Source: Guillardia theta CCMP2712 (taxonomy: Eukaryota > Protista > Cryptophyta). From it: 64,000 nt of DNA. A program made the position numbers and the translations under genes. The notes beneath the pieces were generated by a model. The model made no database searches. It was not told the DNA's origin and saw only the letters and a list, made by a program, of their open reading frames with translations. The DNA is taken from positions 34,677-98,676 of the forward strand of contig NW_005434505.1 in assembly GCF_000315625.1 (NCBI RefSeq). Reading direction: 5' to 3'. Shown here in pieces: positions 1-12,260 of the stretch (positions within the stretch are counted from its first letter, which is position 1; every line of letters begins with the position of its first letter).

Positions 1-1080
1 AGCGAGGAGAGAGAGAGCGAGGAGAGAGAGCAGGAGCAGGAGCAGGAGCAGGAGCATGAGAAAAGAGGTGTAGCAGGAGTAGGAGCACGAGCAGGAGTAG
101 GAGCAGGAGCAGGAGCAGGAGCAGGAGTAGGAGCAGGAGCAGGATCAGGAGCAGGAGTAGGAGCAGGAGCAGGAGCAGGAGCAGGAGTAGGAGTAGGAGC
201 AGGAGGAAGAGCAGAACAAGATCGAAGACGTTGAACTTGCTACAGGATGACCTCGAGCGCTCTGCTTACTCGTGACGGTCATCCCGGGATGCCATCAGCA
301 ACTGATCAGCATCCGAGCCGAAGCAAGGTGAGGGAGAGCGCCGAACGACGATGATTGAGAGGAGAGCTGAACGATGCGAGCAGGGTGAGGAGGCGGAGGA
401 GGAGAGGAAGAGGAAGAAGTCGGTCAAGGTGAGTTAAGACGCGGGACGAGGAAGTTACAGGCGGGTGAAGCAGGACAAGAAGCGGAAGAGGAAGGAGGTG
501 GAGGGGAAGCTGGGGGTGGCAAAGATCGAGGACGCGGAGGAAGACGAGGACGAGGACGAGGAGGACGAGGAAGAGGAAGAGGAGGACGAGGACGAGGAAG
601 AGGACGAGGACGAGGGAGAGGAAGAGGACGAGAACGGAGAATGAAGGATGGAATGGCAGGAGCTTGATTCAGAGGAGGCCTTCAGCTCCGATGGCTTTTG
701 TGCCTACTACTGCTTCGCTTGCGGCTCCTTCTCTCTTGCTGTTGAAACCTTCCTCCACCTCCTGCCGAGAAGAAAGACCGGTCGTTGATGCTGCTCCTGC
801 TCCTTTTCCTCTTGATCCTGCTCCTTCTCCTCTTGATCGTGCTCCTGAACCTCCCGACTCCTCCCACTCCCACTCCTACTCCTACTCCTACTCCTACACC
901 TACACCTACTCCTACTCCTACTCACGCTCACGCTTCCCCTCCCGCTTCCCCTCTTGCTTCTGCTCCAGCTCATACGCTTGCTTTGCTCCTGCTCCTGCTC
1001 CTGCCCCTGCCCCTGCTCCTGCTCCTGCTCCTTCTCCTGCTCCTGCCTCTGCTGCTGCTGCTGCTGCTGCTGCTCCTGCC

Positions 1081-1113
<33 letters not shown>

Positions 1114-1133
1114 GCTGCTGCTGCTGCTGCTGC

Positions 1134-1187
<54 letters not shown>

Positions 1188-3150
1188 NNNNNNNNNNNNN
1201 NNNNNNNNNNNNNNNNNNNNNNNNNNNNNNNNNNNNNNNNNNNNNNNNNNNNNNNNNNNNNNNNNNNNNNNNNNNNNNNNNNNNNNNCCTCTATCCCGCA
1301 TTCTCCGTCTCTTTGCTAATCGTGCTCTCCTGCTATTTGCTGCTCGCTCTCCTTGCTCCCGCTCTACTCTCAGCAGTTTATCCTCTCTCCCCTCCCTTGA
1401 TGTCCTTGGCTTCGTTGACGCGCTCCTAGGTCAAGATTTCTTCCACTGTGCTCACAGTGCAAGGGCTTCCTGCACTCGACGTCCTGCGAAGACTTCTGTG
1501 CTGCATGCAGTAAGGAGCGGCAGGAGCTGGAGCAGGAGGCCATGAGGAGGAGGAACAAAAGCGGGATCGGGAGGAGAAAGGGAGCGGGAGCGGGAGCAGA
1601 AGGAGCAGGAGGGGTTGGAGGAGGGATGTTTGTGTTTCGAGTTTTTGCAGTTTCTGTATGAATGTGCTACCCCTTGGAGGGAGACGGTGATGAACGACGG
1701 GAGAGGTCGCGAGCCAGGGCGAAGGGTAGAGGTAGAAGGAGGAAGGGGAAGCAAGGTGGGGGGAGAGAGAGGGAAGAGGAAAAAGGGAAGAGTCTGATGA
1801 CGGAGCAAAGTAGGACGGAGGGAGAAAGGGAGCGAGAGGGAGCGAGAGGGAGGGGAGGGAGGGAGAGTGGAGGGAGAGTGGAGGGAGAGTGGAGGGAGAG
1901 TGGAGAGAGTGGAGGGAGTGGGGAACGGGAGCGTTGGAGGAAGAGGAAGAAGAATCAGTTCTACGAGACTACATTGAACTTTGGAAAGCACAAAGGACCG
2001 GTTCTAATAATAATGAAAATAAGGGTAGGGTAGTCCCTCATAAAGGAATGGCATTCATCGGCCGCCTGGTATGGCGAGGAGGGGGGGGGGGAGGGAGCCG
2101 GAGCAGGAGCAGCAAGAGGACGAGCAAGAGGAGAAGAAGAAGCAGGAGGAGTGGGAGGAGAGGACGAGCAAGAGGAGCAGGAGCAGGAGGAGAAGGAGAA
2201 GGAGCAGGAGCAGGAGGAGAAGGATGAGCAAGAGGAGCAGGGGGAGCAGGAGGAAGAGGAGGAGTAGCAGGGGCGTGAGCGAGAGAACAACACGCATTAG
2301 GCTGCTTACCCCACCTGCAGCTTGTGCTCGCCGGCTTGTCGGCGTCATGCCTTGCCTTCAGCCCTCAGCTGACCCCAGGGCTCAGGAGGCAACTTGTCGT
2401 CTCCTCCTCCTCTCCTCCACGTGACGTTGACGCGCAGGGACGTGGCGGTGATGGCAAACGGCTATGGGGCGTCTCGCCGCACGTTCTTGAAGGAGACAGC
2501 GCTCATTGCAGGTTGCCCGTCCTTCTTCCCTCCCTCCCTCCCTGTCTCCCTCCCTGTCTCCCTCCCTCGCTCCCTCCCTGTTTGCCTCCCTCCCTGCCTC
2601 CCTTCCTGCATCTAGGCGCGCGCGCGCTCTCTTCCCTCTTCCTCCTCCTGACTATTCCCCGTGTCCTTTAACTGCTCTTGTTGTTCCTCCCTCTCTTCCT
2701 CTTCCTGCCTCCGAACGCTCCTCTTCCTTGTTCTCCTCCTCTTTCCGCGTTATCCTTCTCGACTTTCCCCTCCCTCTTGCTCCAATCACTCCTCCATTGC
2801 AGGAAGCTACATCGCTGCTCCGAGCTGGGCTGACGACAAGGGAGGGAAAGACAGTTCAGAGTCCAAGACACCAAAGGATAACGGCAGCAAGACCGCAGGT
2901 CTGCTCACCTCTCATCCCCGTCCTCCTTCCCGTCCCCGTTCTCGTCTCCAACAATCACCACCAAGTTCACCACTTTCTTCCCCCGCCCCACTCCCCATAC
3001 ACACTCTGCTGTTCCCCTCCTGCTTCGGTTCCCATCCCTCTCCCCCCCTTCTGCTTCTCGGCATTCTCCTTACTCCCCCCCGCCTCCAGCTCCCAACCCT
3101 CCTCCTGCAGATGAAGCCGACGCCTACGACGCCTCTCTAGGTGGGTGAGA
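1..3150 (+). CDS. Probable 3' part of a multi-exon gene of unknown function, with microsatellite-filled introns
   Basis: Short AG/GT-bounded complex segments between repeats, e.g. ~1430-1509 VKISSTVLTVQGLPALDVLRRLLCCMQ, ~2438-2511 DVAVMANGYGASRRTFLKETALIA and ~3110-3148 DEADAYDASLGG*. No recognisable domain. Confidence 0.3.
961..1186. repeat. (GCTCCT)n/(GCT)n microsatellite running into an assembly gap
   Basis: Seen directly; N gap at 1188-1287. Confidence 0.95.
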
Positions 3151-3170
3151 GGAGCGTCTTGTGTAGCGGC

Positions 3171-5375
3171 TCACTGGGACAGAGCAGGCGTCTTCGGCTG
3201 CTCTTTCTGGGGACTTGAGAGGAAGCCGAACTCGGGCAGCTGCCAGCCAAAGTCGAGCAAGGAGACCAAGTGAAAGTAAAAAGAGGCAAAGTGCCAACAG
3301 TGCANNNNNNNNNNNNNNNNNNNNNNNNNNNNNNNNNNNNNNNNNNNNNNNNNNNNNNNNNNNNNNNNNNNNNNNNNNNNNNNNNNNNNNNNNNNNNNNN
3401 NNNNNNNNNNNNNNNNNNNNNNNNNNNNNNNNNNNNNNNNNNNNNNNNNNNNNNNNNNNNNNNNNNNNNNNNNNNNNNNNNNNNNNNNNNNNNNNNNNNN
3501 NNNNNNNNNNNNNNNNNNNNNNNNNNNNNNNNNNNNNNNNNNNNNNNNNNNNNNNNNNNNNNNNNNNNNNNNNNNNNNNNNNNNNNNNNNNNNNNNNNNN
3601 NNNNNNNNNNNNNNNNNNNNNNNNNNNNNNNNNNNNNNNNNNNNNNNNNNNNNNNNNNNNNNNNNNNNNNNNNNNNNNNNNNNNNNNNNNNNNNNNNNNN
3701 NNNNNNNNNNNNNNNNNNNNNNNNNNNNNNNNNNNNNNNNNNNNNNNNNNNNNNNNNNNNNNNNNNNNNNNNNNNNNNNNNNNNNNNNNNNNNNNNNNNN
3801 NNNNNNNNNNNNNNNNNNNNNNNNNNNNNNNNNNNNNNNNNNNNNCGCTACTGCAAGAGCAATGATGGTCATCGCAGCGCAACTAGCACAGCAAGAACAA
3901 CAAGAGGTAGAAGAAGCGGCTCGGTGAGCATCATAGACGTACTCCGTCCCCCAACCAGGAGCAGGAGGAGGAGGAGGAGGAGGAGGAGGAGGAGGCGATG
4001 AAGGCTCCTCCAGCGAATGTTCACAGCGCCCCTCCGAGAAAGAACGACTTGCCTTGCCCTGAAACCGATTGTTCTGCCACATCCCCTCGTACTTGCTGCC
4101 ATCTTGCATCGACAGGGTCCCATATCCTGCTCCACCACTCACAAGCCTGTAAGAACGGCCCACTACCCTCTCACCGTTCTTCACTCCCCGCTCAAACTCT
4201 CCCTGATACCGCGTCCCGTGGATCGAGCAGCGCTTCTGCTTCACTCGTCATGCCTCATGCACCGCAAACTTCCCCTGCTACCGCTGAAGGCGAGCCTCTC
4301 GCACTTGCTGCAGCAGTCTGTCAGCTTTCATCTGCCCCAGCTCTCGCTCCTGACCTTGAAAAGAGTCTACGCTCAAGATCCCTCTCTCCCTGCCGGGGGT
4401 TTGACACCTCATGTCCTTGCAAGAAGCCTTCAGAACAAGTTTCTTCATCCCTCCCCCAACCTCGATCGCATCGTTCCACATGTAACTCCCTTGCCCGTGC
4501 ATCAGGTCGTTTTCCCACTGCCCCTCGTAAACGTCTCCATTCTTCCATATGCAGATCCCCTATGGCACCGTCACCCTCCTCCTCCTCCTCCTCCCTCCTC
4601 CTCCTCCTCCTCCTCCTCCTCCCGCCAGCATCCCAACTTGGTTGTCTACCTGCCCGTGTGCCTTCCCATCGATCACTTCACCCTGATACTGCGCGTCGTC
4701 CATGCGAACGATCTGAACACGATAGCTCACAATCCTGGCACAGCAGAAGCGAACACTCACATTCTCCCTAGACATGCGGCCAGGAAGAGAGCTCTGAGGC
4801 TACAAACAGTCAGAGCTACTCACACAGTGGTGTCTTACTCGGCTCGTTTCCTTGCTCGAACTAGAGTTCGGTTGGAGCTCCGTCGTCTTGCCATAGCTCA
4901 CTCTGCTGTGAGGCCAGCACAGCTTCAGGTATGTGGCACAAGCTCAAGCTCAGTCATCGTGTTCACCTCGATCTGTTGGAGCCCTTGCGTCCGTTCACTT
5001 TCTTCCATTCACTTTGGTGTTAACTGACGTCCTCGAGATAGCGATCAAGAATACCTGCGTGCTCCGAGCACGAGTCAGCTCTGTCGATGCCATGGCCGAA
5101 GCTTCGTTCGCTGCTTTCTGTATCGATTGAATCTAGCGCAGGCTATCAGGAAACAGGCAACAGATCACGGGAAAGACGCGAGAACCATCGGTCCCTAATC
5201 GGTACCGACGAAGAATCATGGGACACGCTGATACTGGAGCTGCTGCTGAGAACCTCCGACTAACTTGTTGCAGACTTGCTCTCCTCGTCCATCTTCTCCT
5301 CCTCCTCCTCTAGCCTTCACTCTCCTCAGCCGCCTCCCTGCGCTCCTCGACATTCCCACCTTCTGTCGCCCCTGC
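3171..5375 (-). CDS. MORN-repeat protein (multi-exon, spans an N gap; ends approximate)
   Basis: Exons encode YQGEVIDGKAHGQ, GTYTWKNGDVYEGQWENDLMHGQGSYMW, RYQGEFERGVKNG and GYGTLSMQDGSKYEGMWQNNRFQG, matching the MORN consensus YxGxWxxGxxHGxG. Confidence 0.8.
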
Positions 5376-5599
5376 ATCTCACCGACTCGATGGTCGCCCT
5401 GGTCAATCTTCAAGTACTCTTGGGGTGGGGTCATTACTTGAGCATGAGTGTTTAGACCGGGTAATCTGAGTGACTTTTACGATATTTGGATAAGGTAGGG
5501 TGGTAAGCAGGAGGGGTCATACCTGCGGTTCAGGCCAGAACTGACCGAGCCCCTCATACAGCCCCCAGTTCCCCAAGTCAGCCGTCAAAAGCATCAAAA

Positions 5600-8500
5600 T
5601 AGATACAGTTTGACTAGCTGTCTTCGATAAGGCGTGCAAGGTACTGAAACCATGCATGTTTCGCGATAAATGTATCTATGAACTGCTCGGCAACGCATTT
5701 TATCCAAAGACATTCATGTTCACCTTCATGTGCATCATCTACACACATTCCACCTTCAACACACATTCCACCTTCAAGGCTTTGGATTGAACTTATATTT
5801 GGATTGAACTTATATTTTCATCTAGACTTCCCTATTTCTTCACTCCTATCTCTCTCCTCTCTAGTGCATATGATCATGATGTTCCAATCCCTCCTCCTAC
5901 CATTTGCTTCTGTTACTCTACTCCCCCCTCCCCCCCCCTCCCCCTCTCCCATGCCTCATCCCTTACATTGTCCCACTCTAACCATCCCTCATTCATTTTC
6001 TTTCCCTCCTGTGATAGGTCTCAACTCTCTCACTCTCCCCTCCTTCCTCGGCATTCATGATGGTTTCTTCCGAGCCTTTCCTCCCACTCTCCACAGGTTC
6101 TGCTTGCGACTATCAGTCTTGGTTGGTCTGCGCTCTCTGGCAAGCATCCATTTACCCCAACCTATCTTGTCCGCGTCTCTCTTGTCATCTTTATTCATAG
6201 CAAGCTTTCAGTTCCACTCAGTTCTCTGGCAAGTTTCTCATTAACATCACTGCATAGCTCCCGGCTGAGCTGTCAGTCACAGCGGGTTCATCAGGCTGCG
6301 ACTCCTCACCGGGGCCACCTGTCACATCATCTGCTGATGCGTCTGCAACAATCTGTTCAGACGTTGGTGCAACGCCTTGACTGCGATTGTTTCTCCATAC
6401 AATTCCCAGATTCTTGTAGTAAGTAATGTACGAATATGAACAGAACTGTTTCCGCGTGCCAAGGTCCACCCATGCGTCTTTCCCATAAACTGTCTCAACC
6501 ACTTGACGAAATCCTGTACTGTAACATTGCATCAGGTTCTGCGGCACAATCTCTTCTCCTTGTCCCAGTACCCCCCGTTCCCGGCAAATCCTTTCCACTT
6601 CATTCATGACCACCCTCGCTTTGTTGATGTTCCTCCTTGTGTTGTAGTCTGTGATGTCATCCCAGTATTGTTGAAGCAGAAGGTATTTCAATGGCCGGAT
6701 CCTCCGCACTTGACCTTTGTCGTCAATTATGTCCTGTCCAATATTCCACCACATGAACATGCTCCTCGTCGGCACCCGCAATGGGAAGGTAAAGTTGCTT
6801 GGAACCATGTGCTTACCCTGTCCATCCATCTCCCCTTCCCAGTCGAAATCGTCTCCCCCTACCTCCAATCCGCTGCTCGCACGTAGCACTGCCTGCCCAC
6901 TGCCAATGGATTGGTTCGGGTTCACTTCTTGCTCACCTCCATGTCCATCGGCTGGAGAATCCAGCCTCTCAGGCTCCATCATGTCCCTCGAATCATTGTG
7001 GGCGGCCACTCGGTCACCTTGTATCGCGGGGATGTTTGATGTGCCCAGAATTTTCATCAACTCTGCCCTTATCAACTCTTTGATACTCTCCGTTTGCTTC
7101 TGAATCTGCGCCTCTACCACGTTCTTGACGATACCTTCGATTCCTGCCATCACCTGGCCCAATACACCACCACTGCCCATACCTGCATCTGTCTCAATTC
7201 CCCGCATCCTCGGTCTGTTCGTGGCACTACACTGTCCACTGCATGTTGTACCACTGTTGCTGTTTGACAAGAATAGTTCCTGTGCCTGCCCTGCCACCGT
7301 ATCATCCCTTTCTGTACTTCGAACAACAGTGAATGGAAGTGCTGAACCGGTGAAATGTGCCCTCATCTCCTGCCTGATTTCTCCCAATTCCCTCAAGATG
7401 TCAGTCTTGGACGGGGTTCCACTGGCGGTCATCCCACATTCTGTACATCTGTGCACGGGTACGACAACCTCTTTTCGAAGCAACATGAGTCTTCTTATCG
7501 TGTCCGCACCGAAAATACCAAACATAGGCATCCCCCATATGAAATGATCATTGTCAGGATACCATCCTTGTAAGGTAGGGAGATGATACAGAATGCTCGC
7601 AAGGAAGAATTCGGTACATTTCTTAAAACCGTTCGGAAATTGCTCGTATCCATCGATGAAACGCTCCCAGCCTATCTGTTTAACCTGTCTCAACCCTTCC
7701 TGTGTGAAATGCGGAGGTAAAACCCCAAAATTGGCCGTGGTGCTATCGTTCCCTGCCAGTATTCTTCCCGCGAACTGATCTCCTCCCGTCCCACCAAGAA
7801 TGTATCGATCCTGTGTATCTCCTAAACATAATTCACTCAGTATGATGACGTGAAGTCCAACTCCCTATATGTCATACCTATCTTCCAGTTGGCCCTTATG
7901 TACACTGTTGGTGCTCCTGAACATGTTAAGATCAGCTGCCATTCCAGATTGATAAAACATCATACCTGGGCCATCCAGCATCCCTAGAAGGTGGGAAATA
8001 CTACCCTTTCTTAGCGATTGCGTGCCAGGAATTCCAAAGTTGTCAGGTTGTTCCTCGCGTAAAACCCTTTTCAAAAGCTGTTGAAATCGATGTTTTTGGT
8101 CCCTCCCAATCAACAATTTGCTGCCTTGCTCTGGCATGCAAATTCCTCTGCATGCGAAGGTGTAAAGCCCAAGAATGAGGATCGGGCAAATTTCAGGGCT
8201 GTGCGGAGCAGCGAAAACATGTTTCACACGAGTGCTATTCATATCCGTGCCTATGCCTGCTTGGTCCGTTCTAGTCGGAAGCAACACTACTTTCATAGCG
8301 TCTTCTTCCCACGACAGGTGTTCCAAACGAAGGATGTCCAGTGACACACTCCGACACACCAGGTTCCACATAAGGTTGGTGCATAGCCAACCGAAAATCC
8401 ATGAGTCCCCGGGTTCTGTGCTCCCCCTGCGAGGTTTGATCTGTCTCACAAAGTTGCACAGCATTCGATACTGCTGCATGTTGATGACTGTTCGACCTTC

Positions 8501-9850
8501 TTCCATGGACATTATCCCTTTGCTCTTCTTTTGTGCGACCACCTCCTTGTGTGACTGCATAATGTCCTCCAGTTCAAGGTCCAATGAAACATCTTTTGGT
8601 ATCCCCGTCGCTGTGAACGGTATCTTCCTTCGCTTGTACAGATATTTCAAAGCACTTTTGTACCCTCGGATGGTGGACATCGCAATGGTTGCTTTCTCTG
8701 ATGCTTTTGTGGAAGCAGATCCTTCACCATTCTCCGCAACGTCATCTTCGTCTTGTCCATCCCCTTCGCCGATGTCTTGGCTGTTGTGCATAGACGATGA
8801 CGCGGCTTCTTCCGACGCTGTTGATGCGGTGCTATGATGGTTACCAGTTTGACCTCGTGGTCTCTTCCTTGCTCGGGCCAATTGGTCATTTCCAGACAAA
8901 TATCGGAAAAAAGCGAGAAGTGGTTCATATGGAAGTGGTACCTTCAAATCATCCAAAGCTTCAGTCAAAGCGCAATGATAAGCTGTAAAGGATTTGAAGA
9001 AAAGGATCATGGCGAATATCCGATATGCATAGGTTTTCTGCGTGCTGATGTTGACTCCGTGCGATTCTAAGTTCCTGAATGCTTGCACGTTGCTGTCACT
9101 GTTCGTTGCCATCGGTGTGTTGGGATCATTGAAAACGGACAGTATGTCAGACTCGTCATCTTCACGCATCCGTTTACGTGGCCTGCCAACCACCCCAAGC
9201 CTCTTGCCTTTCTGACATGTTCCGCAATAGTCCCCTCGATCGCTATTAGCACGTTGGAAGGCGCATAAGATATGGAATTTTTTTTGGCAACCTCGGCATA
9301 CCTTCAACTGTGCATCATCTCTTTCCTGCAACTGACAATCAGGTCCAAATAAGCATGTATTGCCATCTTCAGTCGCCATGTCTTCCTATCTTGTTGCTGC
9401 GTGCTTTCCGTTCCGCTGGTATATTGCGATGTTTTGCCCCAATCCTGAAACATGAATAGGTAAGTCTGGTGTAACATTGAAAGAAATGCTTTGCAAACAG
9501 CAAGAAATGAGTGCATACCGGATGATGAAGGATGAAATCAGTTCGAAGGCGATAATGGTATGCTTGTGATTGTGATGGTACTTTCAAAAGGTTACCCTCA
9601 TCCTCTATCGACTTGTTTTTCTTGGTTTTGAATTCCCTTGTAGGACCGGTCCTATTCATAGTTTTAACCCCCCCCCCCCCCCCCTCCCCCCATCTGGACC
9701 CCTCTTTGTTTTAGGAGCCCTTTTTTCAAATTTTACCCAAAAAAAGAATCCTAAGCTTTTTTGGGGAGCCTGGGATTTTGTATTCCACACTCGACGGTCA
9801 CACGCCTTGATAGACTCGATACGGAGTCCGTGGGCATTCCAGTCAAAACC
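5600..9850 (-). mobile_element. Crypton-like DNA transposon (boundaries approximate)
   Basis: Tyrosine recombinase gene with no RT or integrase, in a block compositionally distinct from host genes. Weak inverted words AAGGCGTG (5629) and CACGCCTT (9801) lie near the presumed ends. Confidence 0.7.
6218..9379 (-). CDS. Crypton-type tyrosine recombinase, ~1018 aa, with N-terminal PHD finger and C-terminal GCR1_C-like region
   Basis: Exons 9379-7966, 7916-7878 and 7821-6218 join in frame via GT-AG introns of 49 and 56 nt. Motifs: MWNLVCRS (catalytic R), TRTDQAG, KHVFAAPHSPEICPILILG, GTQSLRKG, YIRANWKIGDTQDRY (W, catalytic Y), GGDQFAGRILAG, FGVLPPHF and VPSNFTFP..MFMWWNIG..IRPLKYL. Confidence 0.88.
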
Positions 9851-10061
9851 AACGTGACATGCTGACATACCACCCCACCCAATAATATACTTTTCGTTAG
9901 TTGGAGCGGTTGAGATATATTTTCCAAGAAGTCTGAAGGGCGCCCCTGTGAACCGAGCAGAAAACAAGAGAGGGACAAAGCTAGTGAACGAGAGATCGGT
10001 GGGAAGAGAAAGAGAGCCAGCAGGATCAACAAGTTGAGACACCACAGCCAGCAAGACAAAC

Positions 10062-10493
10062 TTGGAGCATCTCGTACAACAGATCGTCTCCCTCTTGAAA
10101 AGCATGACGACTGGACACTCTTCTTCGTCTCCCGCCGCTTGCCTTGCTGTCAAGATCGTTCCCCGCAAGCGCAAGTTCGAGTCCCGCAACCGCCGCCCCC
10201 CCACTCTCGACTCCGCCGACGCCGTCCGCGCCCTCATGCACCTCAGCCAGCGGGAGGCAGCGGAGCAGCTCGACATCTCCCTCACGGCGCTCAAGAGCGC
10301 GTGCAAGAAGATGGGGATAACGGGCTGGCCGTACACGCGCAAGGAGAAGCTGGCAGCCGCCAAGGAGCAGCAGGCGGAGAAGGAGAGCGCGTCATTGATG
10401 GAGGAGGAGGAAGAGAGGGAGAGTCTGACGAGGATATTCCGGACATGGCGGACGATGGAGATGCTGGAGGAGGTGATAGGGCTGATTGAGTAG
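10062..10493 (+). CDS. RWP-RK domain transcription factor, copy 1
   Basis: KIVPRKRK...ADAVRALMHLSQREAAEQLDISLTALKSACKKMGITGWPYTRK matches the RWP-RK pattern (LxxxEAAxxLGxxxTxLKxxCRxxGIxRWPxRK). Confidence 0.85.
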   Translation: MEHLVQQIVSLLKSMTTGHSSSSPAACLAVKIVPRKRKFESRNRRPPTLDSADAVRALMHLSQREAAEQLDISLTALKSACKKMGITGWPYTRKEKLAAAKEQQAEKESASLMEEEEERESLTRIFRTWRTMEMLEEVIGLIE

Positions 10494-11001
10494 CAGAGGG
10501 AGTACCTTACAAAAGGGGCCATCTACCAAAGGTGTCTCTGCGCTGAGAGGTGCCCTTTTTTTTTGCTGGGTGTAGTTGAGATTATACCACTTGTTATTCA
10601 TAAAGCTTTAGTGTCTTTTGAACTGATTGTTGAACATTCTCTGCACACTGTGTAAGTTTCAACACGACCAACGAAGCTAGGGAGGTTCCGAATCGCTGAA
10701 CGCAACCACGTGATAAGCATCCTAACATTGCTGGAGCAGAAATGATGAAGTCTGTTGTTGTTCATCATTTCCTCGGACATTCCAAACAGAGTCCTTCTTT
10801 CGCCTACTTTTCTTCTTTCGATTCATTGATAAATATACAGCTTGTTCCCTACAGCTGCATGATTGTCTTTGCATCAGGGGAACGTTACAAAGGTGTCGCA
10901 AATGAAGACGACGCAGCAGCTGCTGCTTTTGCATCTGCAACCACAACAGATGCAGCAACGGCAGGATTATTGTGTACAGGAGGAGGAGCAGCAGCAGTAT
11001 T

Positions 11002-11097
11002 ATGAGCAGCAGCAGGCAGCAGCATTATGAGCAGGAGCATTATGAGCAGGAGCAGGAGCAGGAGCAGCATTATGAGCAGGAGCAGAAGCAGCATGAT

Positions 11098-11193
<96 letters not shown>
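11002..11193. repeat. (GAGCAG)n microsatellite with CATTAT variants
   Basis: Seen directly, in the spacer between the inverted RWP-RK copies. Confidence 0.95.
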
Positions 11194-11372
11194 TGAATGG
11201 AGCTTCAATATTGTTGAATCGTTACTAAATCCTCTTCTCCCTCCCACTAACCCCCATCAGAAGCAGAGCAAGAAACCTTGCATTCCATAAAGTTTGTAAT
11301 ACAAAAATAAATCGCGAGTGGAGTCTAATCACAACAGTTTCATGTCTCGCCTTTCTTGTATCCCTCCCTCTG

Positions 11373-12005
11373 CTACTCAATCAGCCCAATCACCTCCTCC
11401 AGCATCTCCATCGTCCGCCACGTCCGGAATACCCTCGTCAGACTCTCCCTCTCTTCCTCCTCCTCCACCAACGACGCGCTCTCCTTCTTCGCCTGCTGCT
11501 CCTTGGCGGCCGCCAGCTTCTCCTTGCGCGTGTACGGCCAGCCCGTTATCCCCATCTTCTTGCACGCGCTCTTGAGCGCCGTGAGGGAGATGTCGAGCTG
11601 CTCCGCTGCCTCCCGCTGGCTGAGGTGCATGAGGGCGCGGACGGCGTCGGCGGAGACGAGGGTGGGGGGGCGGCGGTTGCGGGACTCGAACTTGCGCTTG
11701 CGAGGAACGATCTTGAGTGAGGAGGGATATGATAGGTTCATACCAGTGGGAAAAGTACAGGAAGGAGGAGAAGGAGCAGTAGGTTGGGGAGAGGATGGGG
11801 AGGAGGAGGAGGACGGGTGATTGAAGGGAGGAGGAATCGATGATGTTTCAGTATGCATTGCTGCGAGGCGTAGCTGCGAGAGGTAATTATTATATTTTGG
11901 AAATTTTTTGTTGTTTCGAGAACCCCACCCACTCGATGCGTATTGAGACAAAGAGGTCCAGAGGACCCCCTTGTTCGCCTGGTTTCCACAGGGGTACTCT
12001 ATCAT
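11373..12005 (-). CDS. RWP-RK domain transcription factor, copy 2 (start codon uncertain)
   Basis: Near-identical inverted copy of the copy 1 domain and tail, with a different Ser/Pro-rich N-terminus. Confidence 0.85.
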   Translation of the reverse strand: MIEYPCGNQANKGVLWTSLSQYASSGWGSRNNKKFPKYNNYLSQLRLAAMHTETSSIPPPFNHPSSSSSPSSPQPTAPSPPSCTFPTGMNLSYPSSLKIVPRKRKFESRNRRPPTLVSADAVRALMHLSQREAAEQLDISLTALKSACKKMGITGWPYTRKEKLAAAKEQQAKKESASLVEEEEERESLTRVFRTWRTMEMLEEVIGLIE

Positions 12006-12260
12006 AAAATAGATATAAGTGGGGGATAGTTATTTTTCTATAACAGTTTTAAGAATACCGCACCAAACCAGGATATGCCTTAAACCCATCCGTAAAACTC
12101 TACCTCTCGAATCGTTGCGTTGTGAGAGTCAAGGCAAAACTGCCCCCCGTAAAACATTGTAATCATTAACAGTCCCATTCAATCATTGCGTTTTGAGGTA
12201 CACACAGCTGTTTATAACGCAGAACAATCCACAGCAAACAAAGGACAACAAAAACAGACC

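Noticed and set aside
664-3114. Many long ORFs rich in poly-Ala/Leu/Cys/Ser-Arg (also around 11000, 15200, 16000, 17000)
   Set aside because: Open frames produced by microsatellites and N gaps; not credible proteins.
5580-5640. Exact Crypton termini from short inverted words (TTTGACT/AGTCAAA, AAGGCGTG/CACGCCTT)
   Set aside because: Matches are only 7-8 bp with inconsistent spacing at the two ends; cannot be fixed without other copies.
7865-7965. Two separate ORFs or a broken recombinase pseudogene
   Set aside because: Two canonical introns join the ORFs in frame and restore conserved motifs.
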